Below are positions 1 through 8,499 of a stretch of 64,000 nt of DNA, piece after piece. The stretch comes from a virus (lineage: Duplodnaviria > Heunggongvirae > Uroviricota > Caudoviricetes). The stretch's first letter is position 1; the number at the start of each line of letters is the position of its first letter. A program made the position numbers and the translations under genes. Under the pieces are notes generated by a model. That model saw only the letters and a list, made by a program, of their open reading frames with translations. It had not been told where the DNA came from and searched no databases. The stretch is from the IMG/VR virus record IMGVR_UViG_3300044765_000092, positions 158,679 to 222,678 of that record, one strand, 5' to 3'.

Positions 1-155
1 GAGCCGCCCGACCGTGAGACGGTGATTATGGCGAGCGTGGAGCCAAAATCAAACTTCGGGGGCTTGATGCCGTTCGCGACCAGGAAGGCGGTGGCCAGGG
101 TATGACCGTGCTCGACCAGTTGGTCGCGGTCCATAGAGTAGGCGTCGATGGTCAT
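1..155 (-). CDS. hypothetical protein; only the N-terminal ~51 codons are in the window and the gene continues beyond the window start
   Basis: ATG at 153-155 on the minus strand. The frame is open to position 1 (MTIDAYSMDRDQLVEHGHTLATAF...). Confidence 0.3.
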   Translation of the reverse strand, partial: MTIDAYSMDRDQLVEHGHTLATAFLVANGIKPPKFDFGSTLAIITVSRSGG

Positions 156-180
156 GGCTAATGTGCGTGTGGCTGAGTTG

Positions 181-215
181 GGTCGTGAAACGACCGAAGG
201 GGGCACGAGGCCCCC
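181..215 (-). terminator. two tandem GC hairpins downstream of CDS 248..934; weak intrinsic terminator candidate
   Basis: GGTCGTgaaACGACC at 181-195 and GGGGGCacgagGCCCCC at 199-215. In minus sense the hairpins are followed by TTCGGTCGTTTC. Confidence 0.3.
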
Positions 216-247
216 GGATCTGATGGTGATGATACCGGTCGCGGGTC

Positions 248-934
248 TTACTTCCCGCGCTTCCGGACGATGTAGTTGTTCTCGCTCAGGATGCGCGCCA
301 TGTCCTGGAGCTCGGCAGTTGTGTAGGTCTGGTTTTCGACTTCAGCCTCGGACACGATGTCGGTGAACATCTCGTCCTGCACGAACTCGATGCACTGCCG
401 TTCCAAGAACTCGAACAGCTTGTGGTAGCCGTCCTGCGACGAGACGAACTCGACGTCCATGGGACACTCGCCCTGGATATGGCCGAACGCCATTTCGAGC
501 GTTTGCTCGACATCGATGGTCTTGCCGTCGGCCTCGTACTCGAGGGTGGTCTTGAGCGGCAGAAAGCCGGTGTCCACCCAGAAGGCACGATGGTCGTCGT
601 CGGACCAGAACTCGAACATCAGCGCGTAGAGCGCACCGGGCACGTTGAGGACGCGCCACAGATTCGGGCAGCTCTTCTCGACGGTGGTGAGCGTCTCGAG
701 CACGCGCGCTTCGCCTGAGGTCTGGGCACGGCGTCGCGCCGGCTTTGCCTTGCCTTCGCCGTCCGGGGTCCTGTGCTTCGTGTAGAAGGCGAGGGTCGAG
801 CCGGTCAGGTCGTCGCAGAAATCTTCGCTCAGCGAGCGAAGGTTGGCGACCGACGTCATCGCCGTCATCGCCGGGATATTGATCAGGGGGATGTTGAGTT
901 CGTCGCGTTGGGTCTTGGCCATGAGGCACTCCAA
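248..934 (-). CDS. hypothetical protein
   Basis: 228-aa ORF with protein-like composition. The competing -2 frame ORF 342..971 is Arg-rich GC-frame noise. The start is probably the internal MAKTQ. Confidence 0.55.
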   Translation of the reverse strand: MECLMAKTQRDELNIPLINIPAMTAMTSVANLRSLSEDFCDDLTGSTLAFYTKHRTPDGEGKAKPARRRAQTSGEARVLETLTTVEKSCPNLWRVLNVPGALYALMFEFWSDDDHRAFWVDTGFLPLKTTLEYEADGKTIDVEQTLEMAFGHIQGECPMDVEFVSSQDGYHKLFEFLERQCIEFVQDEMFTDIVSEAEVENQTYTTAELQDMARILSENNYIVRKRGK

Positions 935-980
935 TGGTTGAGTTGGGACACAGGCGCATGAGTACAGCCACGGTCAGCCA

Positions 981-1000
981 AATGTAACAGAATGTAACAG
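981..1000 (-). promoter_or_regulatory. tandem direct repeat AATGTAACAG x2 (TGTAACA boxes 10 bp apart) upstream of CDS 248..934
   Basis: Exact 10-mer repeated twice. The same TGTAACA-N3-TGTAACA arrangement recurs at 31470-31486. Confidence 0.35.
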
Positions 1001-1061
1001 ATGGCGGGGCTGGCGCCTACCCCATTGTACCACACCCGGCCAGCCCTAGCACCCCCTAGTC

Positions 1062-1757
1062 TTAGGGGTGCGGCCACAGGGCAGGGGCTTGGTCCTCTGG
1101 ATGGATGCGTGGATCGTATCCATGACTGAGTAGCTTTGCCGCATGGAGGAACGAGCGGCATCTGATCACACCGGAAGCTAGCTCGGCGTCCGCGTTCCAA
1201 GGCGAAGAAATCAGGTAGCCTGCGTATCCAGCACGAGCCGCAGCATTGACCTGCTTCACGTTATCGTCCACGATGCCAAAGGTACCGGGTGAAAACACCG
1301 TATGCTTGTCGTAGCCCTGGTCTACTACCTTGAGGCTGTCGATCGATAGACCCCAACGTGAGAACCAGGCCCATGAGGTATCCCACGGACTGTGGTCGAC
1401 AACGCAGCCTAGTCGAGCAGTCACCACCTGAATCCGGTCGAACTTGTCGGCCACACTGGCGAGCGCTGCTCTGGTGGCCGGTACGCTGTGAAGCGGCAGT
1501 AGCCCCATGTAGAAGTCTCGGCAAAAGATTTGCCGGCGTATCAAGACCAGATCCTGTTCCGAGTAGACGCATGGCTCGTTGAGCCATCGCATATTCACCT
1601 CAGCGTCCGTGAGGCGATACCCGGTTATGCGATGAGCTACGTCTCGTGCTGCGTTCATGAAGTCGCACAGCGTATCGTCCAGGTCGAGGACAATAGTGCG
1701 GCTTGGGCTTGGCTGTGCGACAGGTGGTGGGGCGGCTGTGTTGTTAGTCGAGTCCAT
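1062..1757 (-). CDS. HAD-superfamily hydrolase / phosphatase
   Basis: N-terminal IVLDLDDTLCDF is the DxDxT motif I of HAD phosphatases. Confidence 0.6.
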   Translation of the reverse strand: MDSTNNTAAPPPVAQPSPSRTIVLDLDDTLCDFMNAARDVAHRITGYRLTDAEVNMRWLNEPCVYSEQDLVLIRRQIFCRDFYMGLLPLHSVPATRAALASVADKFDRIQVVTARLGCVVDHSPWDTSWAWFSRWGLSIDSLKVVDQGYDKHTVFSPGTFGIVDDNVKQVNAAARAGYAGYLISSPWNADAELASGVIRCRSFLHAAKLLSHGYDPRIHPEDQAPALWPHP

Positions 1758-1781
1758 GGAGAATGTACACGCGCGTTGTGT

Positions 1782-2192
1782 CTAGTGGTCTAGTGGAGTA
1801 AGCGTCCAGTCGGTCCATTGACCCTGTTCGTCGTGGATGCGGATCGAGTGGTAGCCGAATAACGTGTGGAATACCCGCTTGGTCACCGGAACTGGAAACG
1901 AATTGTCGAGCACGTACTGGTTGCAGATTACAAGGACGCCGTGTTTGTGCCTACTATCGACCACGACGCTGGCTAACGTGAGTGATGAGGGTGGAAAGCC
2001 GCGGTCGACCAGAGCAGCATACTTGCGAACCGCACAATTGCTGGTCTGTTCGGTGGCCAGCAACTGGAACCACGGCTGGTCCTCATAGTGAAGTGCAGTG
2101 GATGGCAGGTGCTCCGAATTCACCTGTTCGTGGATCTGGTACATGAGGTCCTTCCATGCAACAGGAAGGTCTGTCTGAACTGGCTGCAACAT
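1782..2192 (-). CDS. hypothetical protein
   Basis: ORF 1782..2216. The internal ATG at 2190-2192 (MLQPVQ) is preceded by AGGAGG. Confidence 0.5.
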   Translation of the reverse strand: MLQPVQTDLPVAWKDLMYQIHEQVNSEHLPSTALHYEDQPWFQLLATEQTSNCAVRKYAALVDRGFPPSSLTLASVVVDSRHKHGVLVICNQYVLDNSFPVPVTKRVFHTLFGYHSIRIHDEQGQWTDWTLTPLDH

Positions 2193-2255
2193 ACCGATAC
2201 CTCCTTGGTCCGTCAAGCCTGCTGATACACGATGTACGTGTGACGTGGTCTAAAA

Positions 2256-2561
2256 TTAGCGCCCTCGTGCTATCAGCCGCTGTAACCTGTAGTGAGACTT
2301 CAGTAGGCGCGACCTGAGCTTGGTCAGCTCCTCTCGATTCTGTGTAGTTCTTGGTAGTATGGCCCACACGTCACGAGCCAGTACCTGTTGCTTCAATGTA
2401 GACATGTCCTTGACCGAACCAAGATCAAATGCCTTGGCTGGCTTGATCACGATCTCTCGGTCGTTGACTCTGATCAGGCGCCCGCTAATCACCTGAAAGA
2501 CGACCCCGAACGCGTAACGCTTGCACAACAGATAGACTGGGTCACCTTTCTTGAGCTTCAT
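2256..2561 (-). CDS. hypothetical protein
   Basis: ORF 2256..2588 whose first codon is TTG. The first ATG (MKLKKGDPVY) is at 2559-2561. Confidence 0.45.
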   Translation of the reverse strand: MKLKKGDPVYLLCKRYAFGVVFQVISGRLIRVNDREIVIKPAKAFDLGSVKDMSTLKQQVLARDVWAILPRTTQNREELTKLRSRLLKSHYRLQRLIARGR

Positions 2562-2596
2562 GGTAGTCGCAGGCAAAACAGTTTCCAATAGTGGAA

Positions 2597-2836
2597 TCAG
2601 GAATTCAGATTAGACCAATCTCGTACTTCGCCTGTGACTGGGTTGAACCAACGTCCATCACCTCGAAGGAAGAAAAGCCCACCGTACTCTTTATCGGGTT
2701 CCGATGACGGCACCACTGCCAGTTTTTGGTCTGGCACCCAGACCTGTTTAACCGGCATCAAGATGCCGGAACGCGCGACGGCCGGTGCTGTGGCCGCCGC
2801 GAGGATCGCGCCTAGAAATCCACGTCTGCTCACCAT
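2597..2836 (-). CDS. small exported protein with a twin-arginine (Tat) signal peptide
   Basis: N-terminus MVSRRGFLGAILAAATAPAVA matches the S-R-R-x-F-L Tat consensus plus an AxA cleavage site. Confidence 0.5.
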   Translation of the reverse strand: MVSRRGFLGAILAAATAPAVARSGILMPVKQVWVPDQKLAVVPSSEPDKEYGGLFFLRGDGRWFNPVTGEVRDWSNLNS

Positions 2837-3099
2837 GATTCGTTCAGCTTCCCGATTTCTTTCAAGTAGCCACGTACCAGGGCTCCGAGTTCCGCGAGCC
2901 CGTCTTGATTGTCACGAAACCCCTGCACGACCATTCGTCGACGAACAAGAGCGTTTAGCGCGGTTGCTTCGTCTTGAGTCAGTGGGTCAGACTGCCATTG
3001 CTCAACGTCCACGTGAGCATAGCTAGCCCGCTTAGGTTCTGTGAGAATGCCGTAGTCCAGATCCACGTAGTATGTGCGATTACTGGATTTGATGCTCAT
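2830..3099 (-). CDS. hypothetical protein
   Basis: ORF 2830..3195. The internal ATG at 3097-3099 (MSIKSS) is preceded by GAGGA. Confidence 0.45.
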   Translation of the reverse strand: MSIKSSNRTYYVDLDYGILTEPKRASYAHVDVEQWQSDPLTQDEATALNALVRRRMVVQGFRDNQDGLAELGALVRGYLKEIGKLNESW

Positions 3100-3106
3100 A
3101 CGGTCC

Positions 3107-3304
3107 TCAGTAGAGAGTGCAACGATGCCTGGATTTCGGGAACAGCACGAGCTGCGTGACTGGAAAGTCCACCTCGGCTGCGTGGTTCTGCACAATCTGC
3201 CCGTTGATCAGAACGGCACCCTGCTTGAACCACTGCCGCAGTTCACCGTTCGAGCTTTCGTTGCATTTACCGGTCTTGGCGTCCTTAGGATTGCTCTTGC
3301 TCAT
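3107..3304 (-). CDS. hypothetical small protein
   Basis: ORF 3107..3331 with the MSKSNPKD start at 3302-3304. It fills the gap between the neighbouring genes. Confidence 0.35.
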   Translation of the reverse strand: MSKSNPKDAKTGKCNESSNGELRQWFKQGAVLINGQIVQNHAAEVDFPVTQLVLFPKSRHRCTLY

Positions 3305-3998
3305 AGGCAGAGCCGGACGTAGGCTGATCAAAAACTCCAGTGCTGTGATTCCCGTTTTCAGTTGTTTCTCCGGGTAGTTGAGGTAGTTGAGGTAGTTGAG
3401 GTAGTTGTGGCAGTTGGGGCAATTCAGGGTTGCTGTTCATTGCTCTTGTTTCTCCTGGTAGTTGTGTCAGGTTCTGTGTCTGGGCCGCGATGGCTGAGTT
3501 CAGTAGGTCGCACAGCCATTGAGAGTAGGCCAGTCTCTGTCCTTCACCAAAGTCACCAGAAACCCGTAGTCCAGCATCGTAGATGAAATCGTCGTCATCA
3601 ATGATTCCACCATCGGCAGACGGTTCAAACCTCAGAGGTCTGCTCCGCTGGTTGCTGGTATGAATGAGCGTGGCCTGCGCAATACTATCGGGCTGCGGAT
3701 ACGCATCCATACGAATGCGGTCGATGTGAGGACCCAAGATAGCAGCGATCTGCTTTTCGGTAGCTTGTGAGTGGATCCGGCCGCTCCTATCAACGCAGAC
3801 GACTAGCACGTCTGACTTCAGTCTGGGCACAGTCCGTAGCTTCTGCACGATGCGACGCGCTGTCCACCCTTCCCAATGTTCTTCTTTGTTGGGTGGTGGT
3901 TCGTCGTTGCACAGGATCTCGTACACCGCCTGAACTTGAGGATCTCGCCACGGAGGTAGAGGAAGCGACTGGTCGTTGTTGCTGTTGCTACTGCTCAT
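3285..3998 (-). CDS. hypothetical protein with an internal (PQL)n repeat
   Basis: 237-aa ORF. Its start overlaps the upstream stop (ATGA). It contains PQLPQLPQLPQLPQLP encoded by a 9-bp tandem repeat. Confidence 0.55.
   Translation of the reverse strand: MSSSNSNNDQSLPLPPWRDPQVQAVYEILCNDEPPPNKEEHWEGWTARRIVQKLRTVPRLKSDVLVVCVDRSGRIHSQATEKQIAAILGPHIDRIRMDAYPQPDSIAQATLIHTSNQRSRPLRFEPSADGGIIDDDDFIYDAGLRVSGDFGEGQRLAYSQWLCDLLNSAIAAQTQNLTQLPGETRAMNSNPELPQLPQLPQLPQLPQLPGETTENGNHSTGVFDQPTSGSAYEQEQS
3374..3418 (-). repeat. about five tandem copies of a 9-bp unit (GTAGTTGAG on plus), in-frame within CDS 3285..3998
   Basis: ggtagttgag gtagttgag gtagttgag gtagttgtg gcagttggg. Confidence 0.6.
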
Positions 3999-4462
3999 TG
4001 CTCTTGTTCCACCTTGATGTTGATCTCGGCCGTGACTTGCACTGGATTGATGGCCAGCACTTTGTATGGGTTGCGGCCACTTGTTGGTCCAACGATCATC
4101 CTGCGCACGCCTTCCTTGAGGCTATCTTCGGTGCGATATACACGCATGACCGCGTGCGAGCAGTAATCACCTTCAGCGTTTCGAAAATCGGCAAAGGTGA
4201 CGATCACAAAGCACTTTTCGTTTGGGATATCCTCCAAACGATCGATAGCATAGCCGTCTGAGGGAAGCAGGTTGGGCATTGTCGGTTCCTCAGCCTTTGG
4301 CTGAGTCTCAGTCTTGGTCTTGGTCGTGACCTTGGGCGTTGGCTTTGTGTTCGCACACGTTCTGCACAATTGGGGCAATGGGTACAGAGCTTCGTGGGCA
4401 AACGAAGAGTGCATGTATCGACCACATACGCCACAGTGGTAGTCGGGATTTCGATTGGTCAT
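3995..4462 (-). CDS. hypothetical protein with a Cys4 zinc-ribbon-like motif
   Basis: ORF 3995..4570. The probable start MTNRNPDYHCGVCG...CRTC is at 4460-4462. Confidence 0.45.
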   Translation of the reverse strand: MTNRNPDYHCGVCGRYMHSSFAHEALYPLPQLCRTCANTKPTPKVTTKTKTETQPKAEEPTMPNLLPSDGYAIDRLEDIPNEKCFVIVTFADFRNAEGDYCSHAVMRVYRTEDSLKEGVRRMIVGPTSGRNPYKVLAINPVQVTAEINIKVEQEQ

Positions 4463-4464
4463 TT

Positions 4465-4935
4465 CTACACTACTGATGACAATGTGAACGGAACAGGCTT
4501 GATCGGAACTATGGCGTCCACACGCCCGTTGTTCCCAAACACAATAGCCCACTTGCTGTTGGCCGGGCATGGGTGCTGTGGATCAGGCATAAATATCGCT
4601 GTGTAGTCACGGCACAGGTCGCGGAACTTATGAGCTCGAACCATATTGAGCTCGAACTTACGGGTCACGAGTTCCAGACCGCCTGACCGTAGTTCAACAA
4701 GAGTTAGGCGTGCGACCCCGGAACTATCGATCACCACATATCCACCTTTATAGGTGTTGTTTTCCTTGTTCAGCTCGCGGGTCTGCACGTTACTTTCGAC
4801 ATACTGCAAAACAGTCCCGCTCGCGTTAGGTTTGAGTTTGTAGTCGACGTTGTAGACCAGACGTCGGCCCGGTAGGAAGACTACTCGGGGTTCGATCTCG
4901 GTTGTACTGCTGCAGATGCTGGCTTCGGAAGTCAT
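4465..4935 (-). CDS. hypothetical protein
   Basis: ORF 4465..5205. The N-terminal 90 aa of that ORF are S/T/R-rich junk that overlaps CDS 4946..5233. The start MTSEASI is at 4933-4935. Confidence 0.45.
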   Translation of the reverse strand: MTSEASICSSTTEIEPRVVFLPGRRLVYNVDYKLKPNASGTVLQYVESNVQTRELNKENNTYKGGYVVIDSSGVARLTLVELRSGGLELVTRKFELNMVRAHKFRDLCRDYTAIFMPDPQHPCPANSKWAIVFGNNGRVDAIVPIKPVPFTLSSVV

Positions 4936-4945
4936 GTTGAGATTC

Positions 4946-5233
4946 TCAAGTCGAGGCACAGTTGCCGTGATCGATGTTCTGGGCGCAGAGCATACATGGG
5001 CTCTGCGCGTGTTCGTCCACGTACCCGTTCTCCACGTACTCGGCGTAGATGCGTTGCCGCGCCAGATGCACGTTGGTCTGGTAGAAAAGGTCGGGGTCGA
5101 TGATGGTTGGGAAGTGAGTGTTGAGAAAAGCTTGACCAAGACGCTGGTTCGGCCATTTACGAGCGTCGTAATACTGACGCTCAAATTCGACGTAGGTCTC
5201 GGCACTGATACGTGGATGGATCGTGCTTGCCAT
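4946..5233 (-). CDS. hypothetical protein
   Basis: 95-aa ORF that fits between its neighbours. Confidence 0.4.
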   Translation of the reverse strand: MASTIHPRISAETYVEFERQYYDARKWPNQRLGQAFLNTHFPTIIDPDLFYQTNVHLARQRIYAEYVENGYVDEHAQSPCMLCAQNIDHGNCAST

Positions 5234-5238
5234 GATTG

Positions 5239-5508
5239 CTATTCGCTTAGTTCACCTGGAGGCCGTGGCCTCAAGTAGCCACGTCGGCGCTCCTCGTCTT
5301 TGTCACGAACAGGCATTGCGCACCATGCGATAATGCCCTTGTCTTTCTCCGGTCGGCCAGACAGCATGCCGAAGACGGCCACCCCACCCTCCTGTAAGAG
5401 GATCATCTTCTGGCCGATGGGTGCGTCTGCCAGATTATAGTTGAAGGGAATGCGGCGATCAGTAACTACGTCTTTACTGTTTGGCCGTGGCAGATTGGGG
5501 TGTTCCAT
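5239..5508 (-). CDS. hypothetical protein
   Basis: 89-aa ORF. Confidence 0.45.
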   Translation of the reverse strand: MEHPNLPRPNSKDVVTDRRIPFNYNLADAPIGQKMILLQEGGVAVFGMLSGRPEKDKGIIAWCAMPVRDKDEERRRGYLRPRPPGELSE

Positions 5509-5515
5509 TCAATTG

Positions 5516-5743
5516 TCAGTCGTGATGGTCGTGGTGGTTGGACAGCGCACCGATGATGTCGGTGATATCAGCGCCATCCAGGATTTCACCGGAGTAAGCC
5601 AGGATGTTGATGATAAGAACACACCCTAGCCCTATCCATAGGCCGGGTGTCGCACTGCTGTCGACGGTGTACTGAATAGCGGCTCCACCAAAGCCGCCAA
5701 CCGCATAGAGAAGCGCCCAGACAAAAAGCATGCTCGTCTTCAT
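5516..5743 (-). CDS. small membrane protein
   Basis: 75 aa with two hydrophobic helices and a C-terminal HHDHHD tail. Confidence 0.5.
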   Translation of the reverse strand: MKTSMLFVWALLYAVGGFGGAAIQYTVDSSATPGLWIGLGCVLIINILAYSGEILDGADITDIIGALSNHHDHHD

Positions 5744-5770
5744 GTTCGTTCCTTTTGGTCGCCAATGGAC

Positions 5771-5791
5771 AACAAGGGGCGCGAGGCCCCT
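5771..5791 (-). other. perfect 8-bp GC hairpin (CAAGGGGC gcgag GCCCCTTG) immediately 3' of motif copy 1
   Basis: Seen directly in the sequence. There is no U-tract after it. Confidence 0.5.
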
Positions 5792-5798
5792 TGTGCTA

Positions 5799-5808
5799 CT
5801 TCATTTAC
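5799..5808 (-). promoter_or_regulatory. conserved intergenic motif TCATTTACAG (gene-sense CTGTAAATGA), copy 1
   Basis: Overlaps the TGA stop of the AAA+ ATPase gene. It lies 55 nt upstream of the next start. Confidence 0.45.
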
Positions 5809-7093
5809 AGTTGTCGTCTACCGCAACACGAAAGCCGCGTCCGATCCGGACGCTGGACACCCCTGCAACCTTGGGCTTTGGCTTGTCGCTGGACGCTGTG
5901 TCGTCCCCAACACTGACCAAGGGCTTGGTATCGTACTCGATACTGTCGCCGCTTCGGAGCCCGTCATCCAGAATTCGCATACGAGCAACCGCATCTTCGA
6001 GTGATTCTTCGTCTTCTTCAGCCGATTGCGTATGGTCTGCTCCAGATTCTGGCTTGATCTGGATCATCTCGTCGTTCGAGCTTGACCGCGTTTGCAAAAA
6101 GCCTGGGCCACCGGCGTCGAAGTCGGCTGAAGATTTCTCTCGGGCGATCCAGTTGATGCGCTGGATTGCGGTGTCCAAGTCTTGCCCGAAGCATGACAGG
6201 AGCACAACCAATTCGCGCAAGTGAGCGATGGAGTACCCTTTGGTCTTGGCGATAGCAGTATCAAGATCGGCCCCTTGAAGTGAGGGAAGCTTCCACCGGA
6301 GATACTGTCGACGAGCGCCATCGCTGGGCATGCCGACACGTTGAATTGTGTCGAAGCGAGAAGGACGATTGGTAAATCGCTTGTCCAGCTTCTCGATGTA
6401 ATTGGTTGTGGCCAGAAACACGACCTTGTCAACTTGCGTCTCGCCGTCGAGTAGCGCAAGATACGCTGATTCGTCGTACCGATTGACCAGTGCATCGAAG
6501 TCTTCCATCAGCACCAGAATCAGTCGATGCGGCTCGATACGTCGGATCATGCGCAAGCACTCGGCACCCAGATTCGGATGCTCCAAGAACAATACGATGC
6601 CACCTCGGGCAATCACGTCTTGGACCAGAAGGTTGAGAGTACTGGTCTTGCCTGACCCCGGAGGCCCGTACAGAAGGATTCCACGTTTGTGCAAGAACCC
6701 ATGCTCTCGGAACTTGTTCTCCAGAGCCAGAAAGCGATCGACTTCGTTGAGCACCCAGCTCGACACGCAGTCTTCTAGCAGAAGAAGCGAATCGCTCTTG
6801 ATATCTACCTTTACCAAGTAGGTACCTAGAGCATCACTGTGACCGCACTTGTACAGAGCTGGTGGCAGTTCCTTGTAGGTCTCTTTGCTCGGCCAGTACA
6901 AACCGTTTGTCGAGCTCCACATCGAAGTGTGGTCCAGCGATCGCCCCCTGTTTGACGCCAGCTCGCTTAACTCAGCATGCGACGACGGAATAAGGGTGCT
7001 ATCTGATTCATGTCTTGCCATTTGTTTAACCCGTTCAGCTATGTCTGGAGGTGGAGGATCGCCGTTGATCAGGCTACCGATGTATCCTGGCAT
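5801..7093 (-). CDS. AAA+ ATPase (classical AAA clade)
   Basis: Walker A GPPGSGKTS, Walker B LVLMEDFD and second region of homology ...NRPSRFD. Confidence 0.8.
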   Translation of the reverse strand: MPGYIGSLINGDPPPPDIAERVKQMARHESDSTLIPSSHAELSELASNRGRSLDHTSMWSSTNGLYWPSKETYKELPPALYKCGHSDALGTYLVKVDIKSDSLLLLEDCVSSWVLNEVDRFLALENKFREHGFLHKRGILLYGPPGSGKTSTLNLLVQDVIARGGIVLFLEHPNLGAECLRMIRRIEPHRLILVLMEDFDALVNRYDESAYLALLDGETQVDKVVFLATTNYIEKLDKRFTNRPSRFDTIQRVGMPSDGARRQYLRWKLPSLQGADLDTAIAKTKGYSIAHLRELVVLLSCFGQDLDTAIQRINWIAREKSSADFDAGGPGFLQTRSSSNDEMIQIKPESGADHTQSAEEDEESLEDAVARMRILDDGLRSGDSIEYDTKPLVSVGDDTASSDKPKPKVAGVSSVRIGRGFRVAVDDNCK

Positions 7094-7366
7094 TCAAAAT
7101 CCGACTATAAGAGCACCGAACATCACGCCAACAAAATACCCGATGAAGTCCGTGAGGTTGTCGATGAACTTCTGCTTCGGTACTTCGTAAGTGGCATCAA
7201 ACCAGAACTCCTTGACCGCAAAGGTAACCAGCAACAGGCAGATGATCAGGAAATTGGAGTGGAACAGCATACCCATGCTGAACGCAAACCAGAAGTGCGC
7301 CATCGCCGCAACGAACGTCAAGTTCGTGCCGGCCTTGGCTACCAGATTGATCAAGGATTGCATCAT
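7094..7366 (-). CDS. small membrane protein
   Basis: 90 aa and hydrophobic. Its stop abuts the downstream start. Confidence 0.5.
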   Translation of the reverse strand: MMQSLINLVAKAGTNLTFVAAMAHFWFAFSMGMLFHSNFLIICLLLVTFAVKEFWFDATYEVPKQKFIDNLTDFIGYFVGVMFGALIVGF

Positions 7367-7390
7367 GACCCGATGGTTCTAACTGTGATG

Positions 7391-7466
7391 TGGTGGAAAG
7401 TAGTGGGATCGAACCACTGACCACCTCCTTATGAAGGAGGCGCTCTACCGACTGAGCTAACTTTCC
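7391..7466 (-). tRNA. tRNA with CAT anticodon (Met or lysidine-Ile)
   Basis: Hand-folded cloverleaf: GGAAAGT/ACTTTCC acceptor, D-arm GCTC-AGTCGGTA-GAGC, loop TTCATAA, T-arm TTCGATC, CCA encoded. Confidence 0.85.
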
Positions 7467-7470
7467 ACTG

Positions 7471-7546
7471 TGGTGGATCGTGACGGGCTCGAACCGCCGA
7501 CCTACGCCTTGTAAGGGCGCCGCTCTACCAACTGAGCTAACAATCC
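7471..7546 (-). tRNA. tRNA-Val (TAC)
   Basis: Acceptor GGATTGT/ACGATCC, anticodon loop CTTACAA, T-loop TTCGAGC, CCA encoded. Confidence 0.85.
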
Positions 7547-7549
7547 AAA

Positions 7550-7627
7550 TGGTCCGGGTGACAGGGATCGAACCTGCGACCTCATGCTCCCAAAGCACGC
7601 GCGCTACCAGACTGCGCTACACCCGGA
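7550..7627 (-). tRNA. tRNA-Pro (TGG)
   Basis: Acceptor CCGGGTG/CACCCGG, anticodon loop TTTGGGA, T-loop TTCGATC, CCA encoded. Confidence 0.8.
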
Positions 7628-7638
7628 TATGTCGAAGA

Positions 7639-8109
7639 TTAGGCGTCGCCTTGAACACGCCACTGGCTGAGGCCAGCGACCCACTTGCGACGAACACCGG
7701 TCACTGGTTCACGACCAGTCCGGGTATACGCGCCAAACTGGTCTTGCAACGGGTGCTTATGCTGCTTATGCTTGCGAAACGGGCCGAGCTTGACACCGTG
7801 ATGGCCGAAAGTCGAATGGACCGGCATGTGCTTACCCAACCCGTTGATTCGTTCACCCATCACGTACTTTTTGAACTGTCGATGCGAAACAATCGCGCCG
7901 TGTTCGCGAAGCTGTCGGATGAACAGCTTGATCTTGTTCTTTTTCTCGCTAGTCTTGTGCAAAACAAATCGAGCCGGCGCCTTTGGCCCCTCGGGGTCCG
8001 ACAGCAGCTTTGCGTAAGCATTGCTACGAGCGCGGCGCGCCTTGTAGTCTTCTTGTGATTCGCCGTCCAGTCGGGCAGGCCAGTGGAGAGTTTCGATCGA
8101 AGTGGTCAT
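7639..8109 (-). CDS. hypothetical basic protein
   Basis: 156-aa ORF. Confidence 0.5.
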   Translation of the reverse strand: MTTSIETLHWPARLDGESQEDYKARRARSNAYAKLLSDPEGPKAPARFVLHKTSEKKNKIKLFIRQLREHGAIVSHRQFKKYVMGERINGLGKHMPVHSTFGHHGVKLGPFRKHKQHKHPLQDQFGAYTRTGREPVTGVRRKWVAGLSQWRVQGDA

Positions 8110-8486
8110 GGTTCGGTTTTTTCCTCGTATTCGGAGTACCAGTCGATTTCACGGTCTTTCCCGTGCTCGTCGAGTTCAAAGATGGCAATAGTGTTCGACA
8201 GTGCCTTGGCCTTGCCATCGAAGCTCAGGTCGGTACGTTCCCAACCGTAATGCGCTAGATACACGCAATTGATATCTTTGAACGCCTGGAGGATCAGATC
8301 TTCTGTCTTCTCTTGCAGTTGCCGTATTGCAGCTTCATCCAGGCCAGTAATCTCCACTTCTATGTCTTGTAGTTCGGGTTCGATGACCCTAGGTTTTCCG
8401 GTTTTGCTGTCACGCCCGAGCTTCCATTCAGGATTCTCGTGCTCCTTCAGCAGCCAGTAGTTACCGGCCTGGACAAAGGTCTTCAT
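8106..8486 (-). CDS. hypothetical protein
   Basis: ORF 8106..8600. The ATG at 8484-8486 (MKTFVQAG) is preceded by AAGAGG. Confidence 0.5.
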   Translation of the reverse strand: MKTFVQAGNYWLLKEHENPEWKLGRDSKTGKPRVIEPELQDIEVEITGLDEAAIRQLQEKTEDLILQAFKDINCVYLAHYGWERTDLSFDGKAKALSNTIAIFELDEHGKDREIDWYSEYEEKTEP

Positions 8487-8499
8487 GGTGATAGCCTCT

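Noticed and set aside
342-971. 209-aa minus-strand ORF overlapping CDS 248..934 in another frame
   Set aside because: It is an extremely Arg/Pro/Gly-rich alternative-frame artefact typical of high-GC DNA. The overlapping 228-aa frame is protein-like.
5799-5808. The ATG inside CTGTAAATGA as a conserved start codon of micro-ORFs
   Set aside because: The downstream reading frames differ between copies and terminate after 2-20 codons with no shared peptide. The conservation is at the DNA level, not the coding level.
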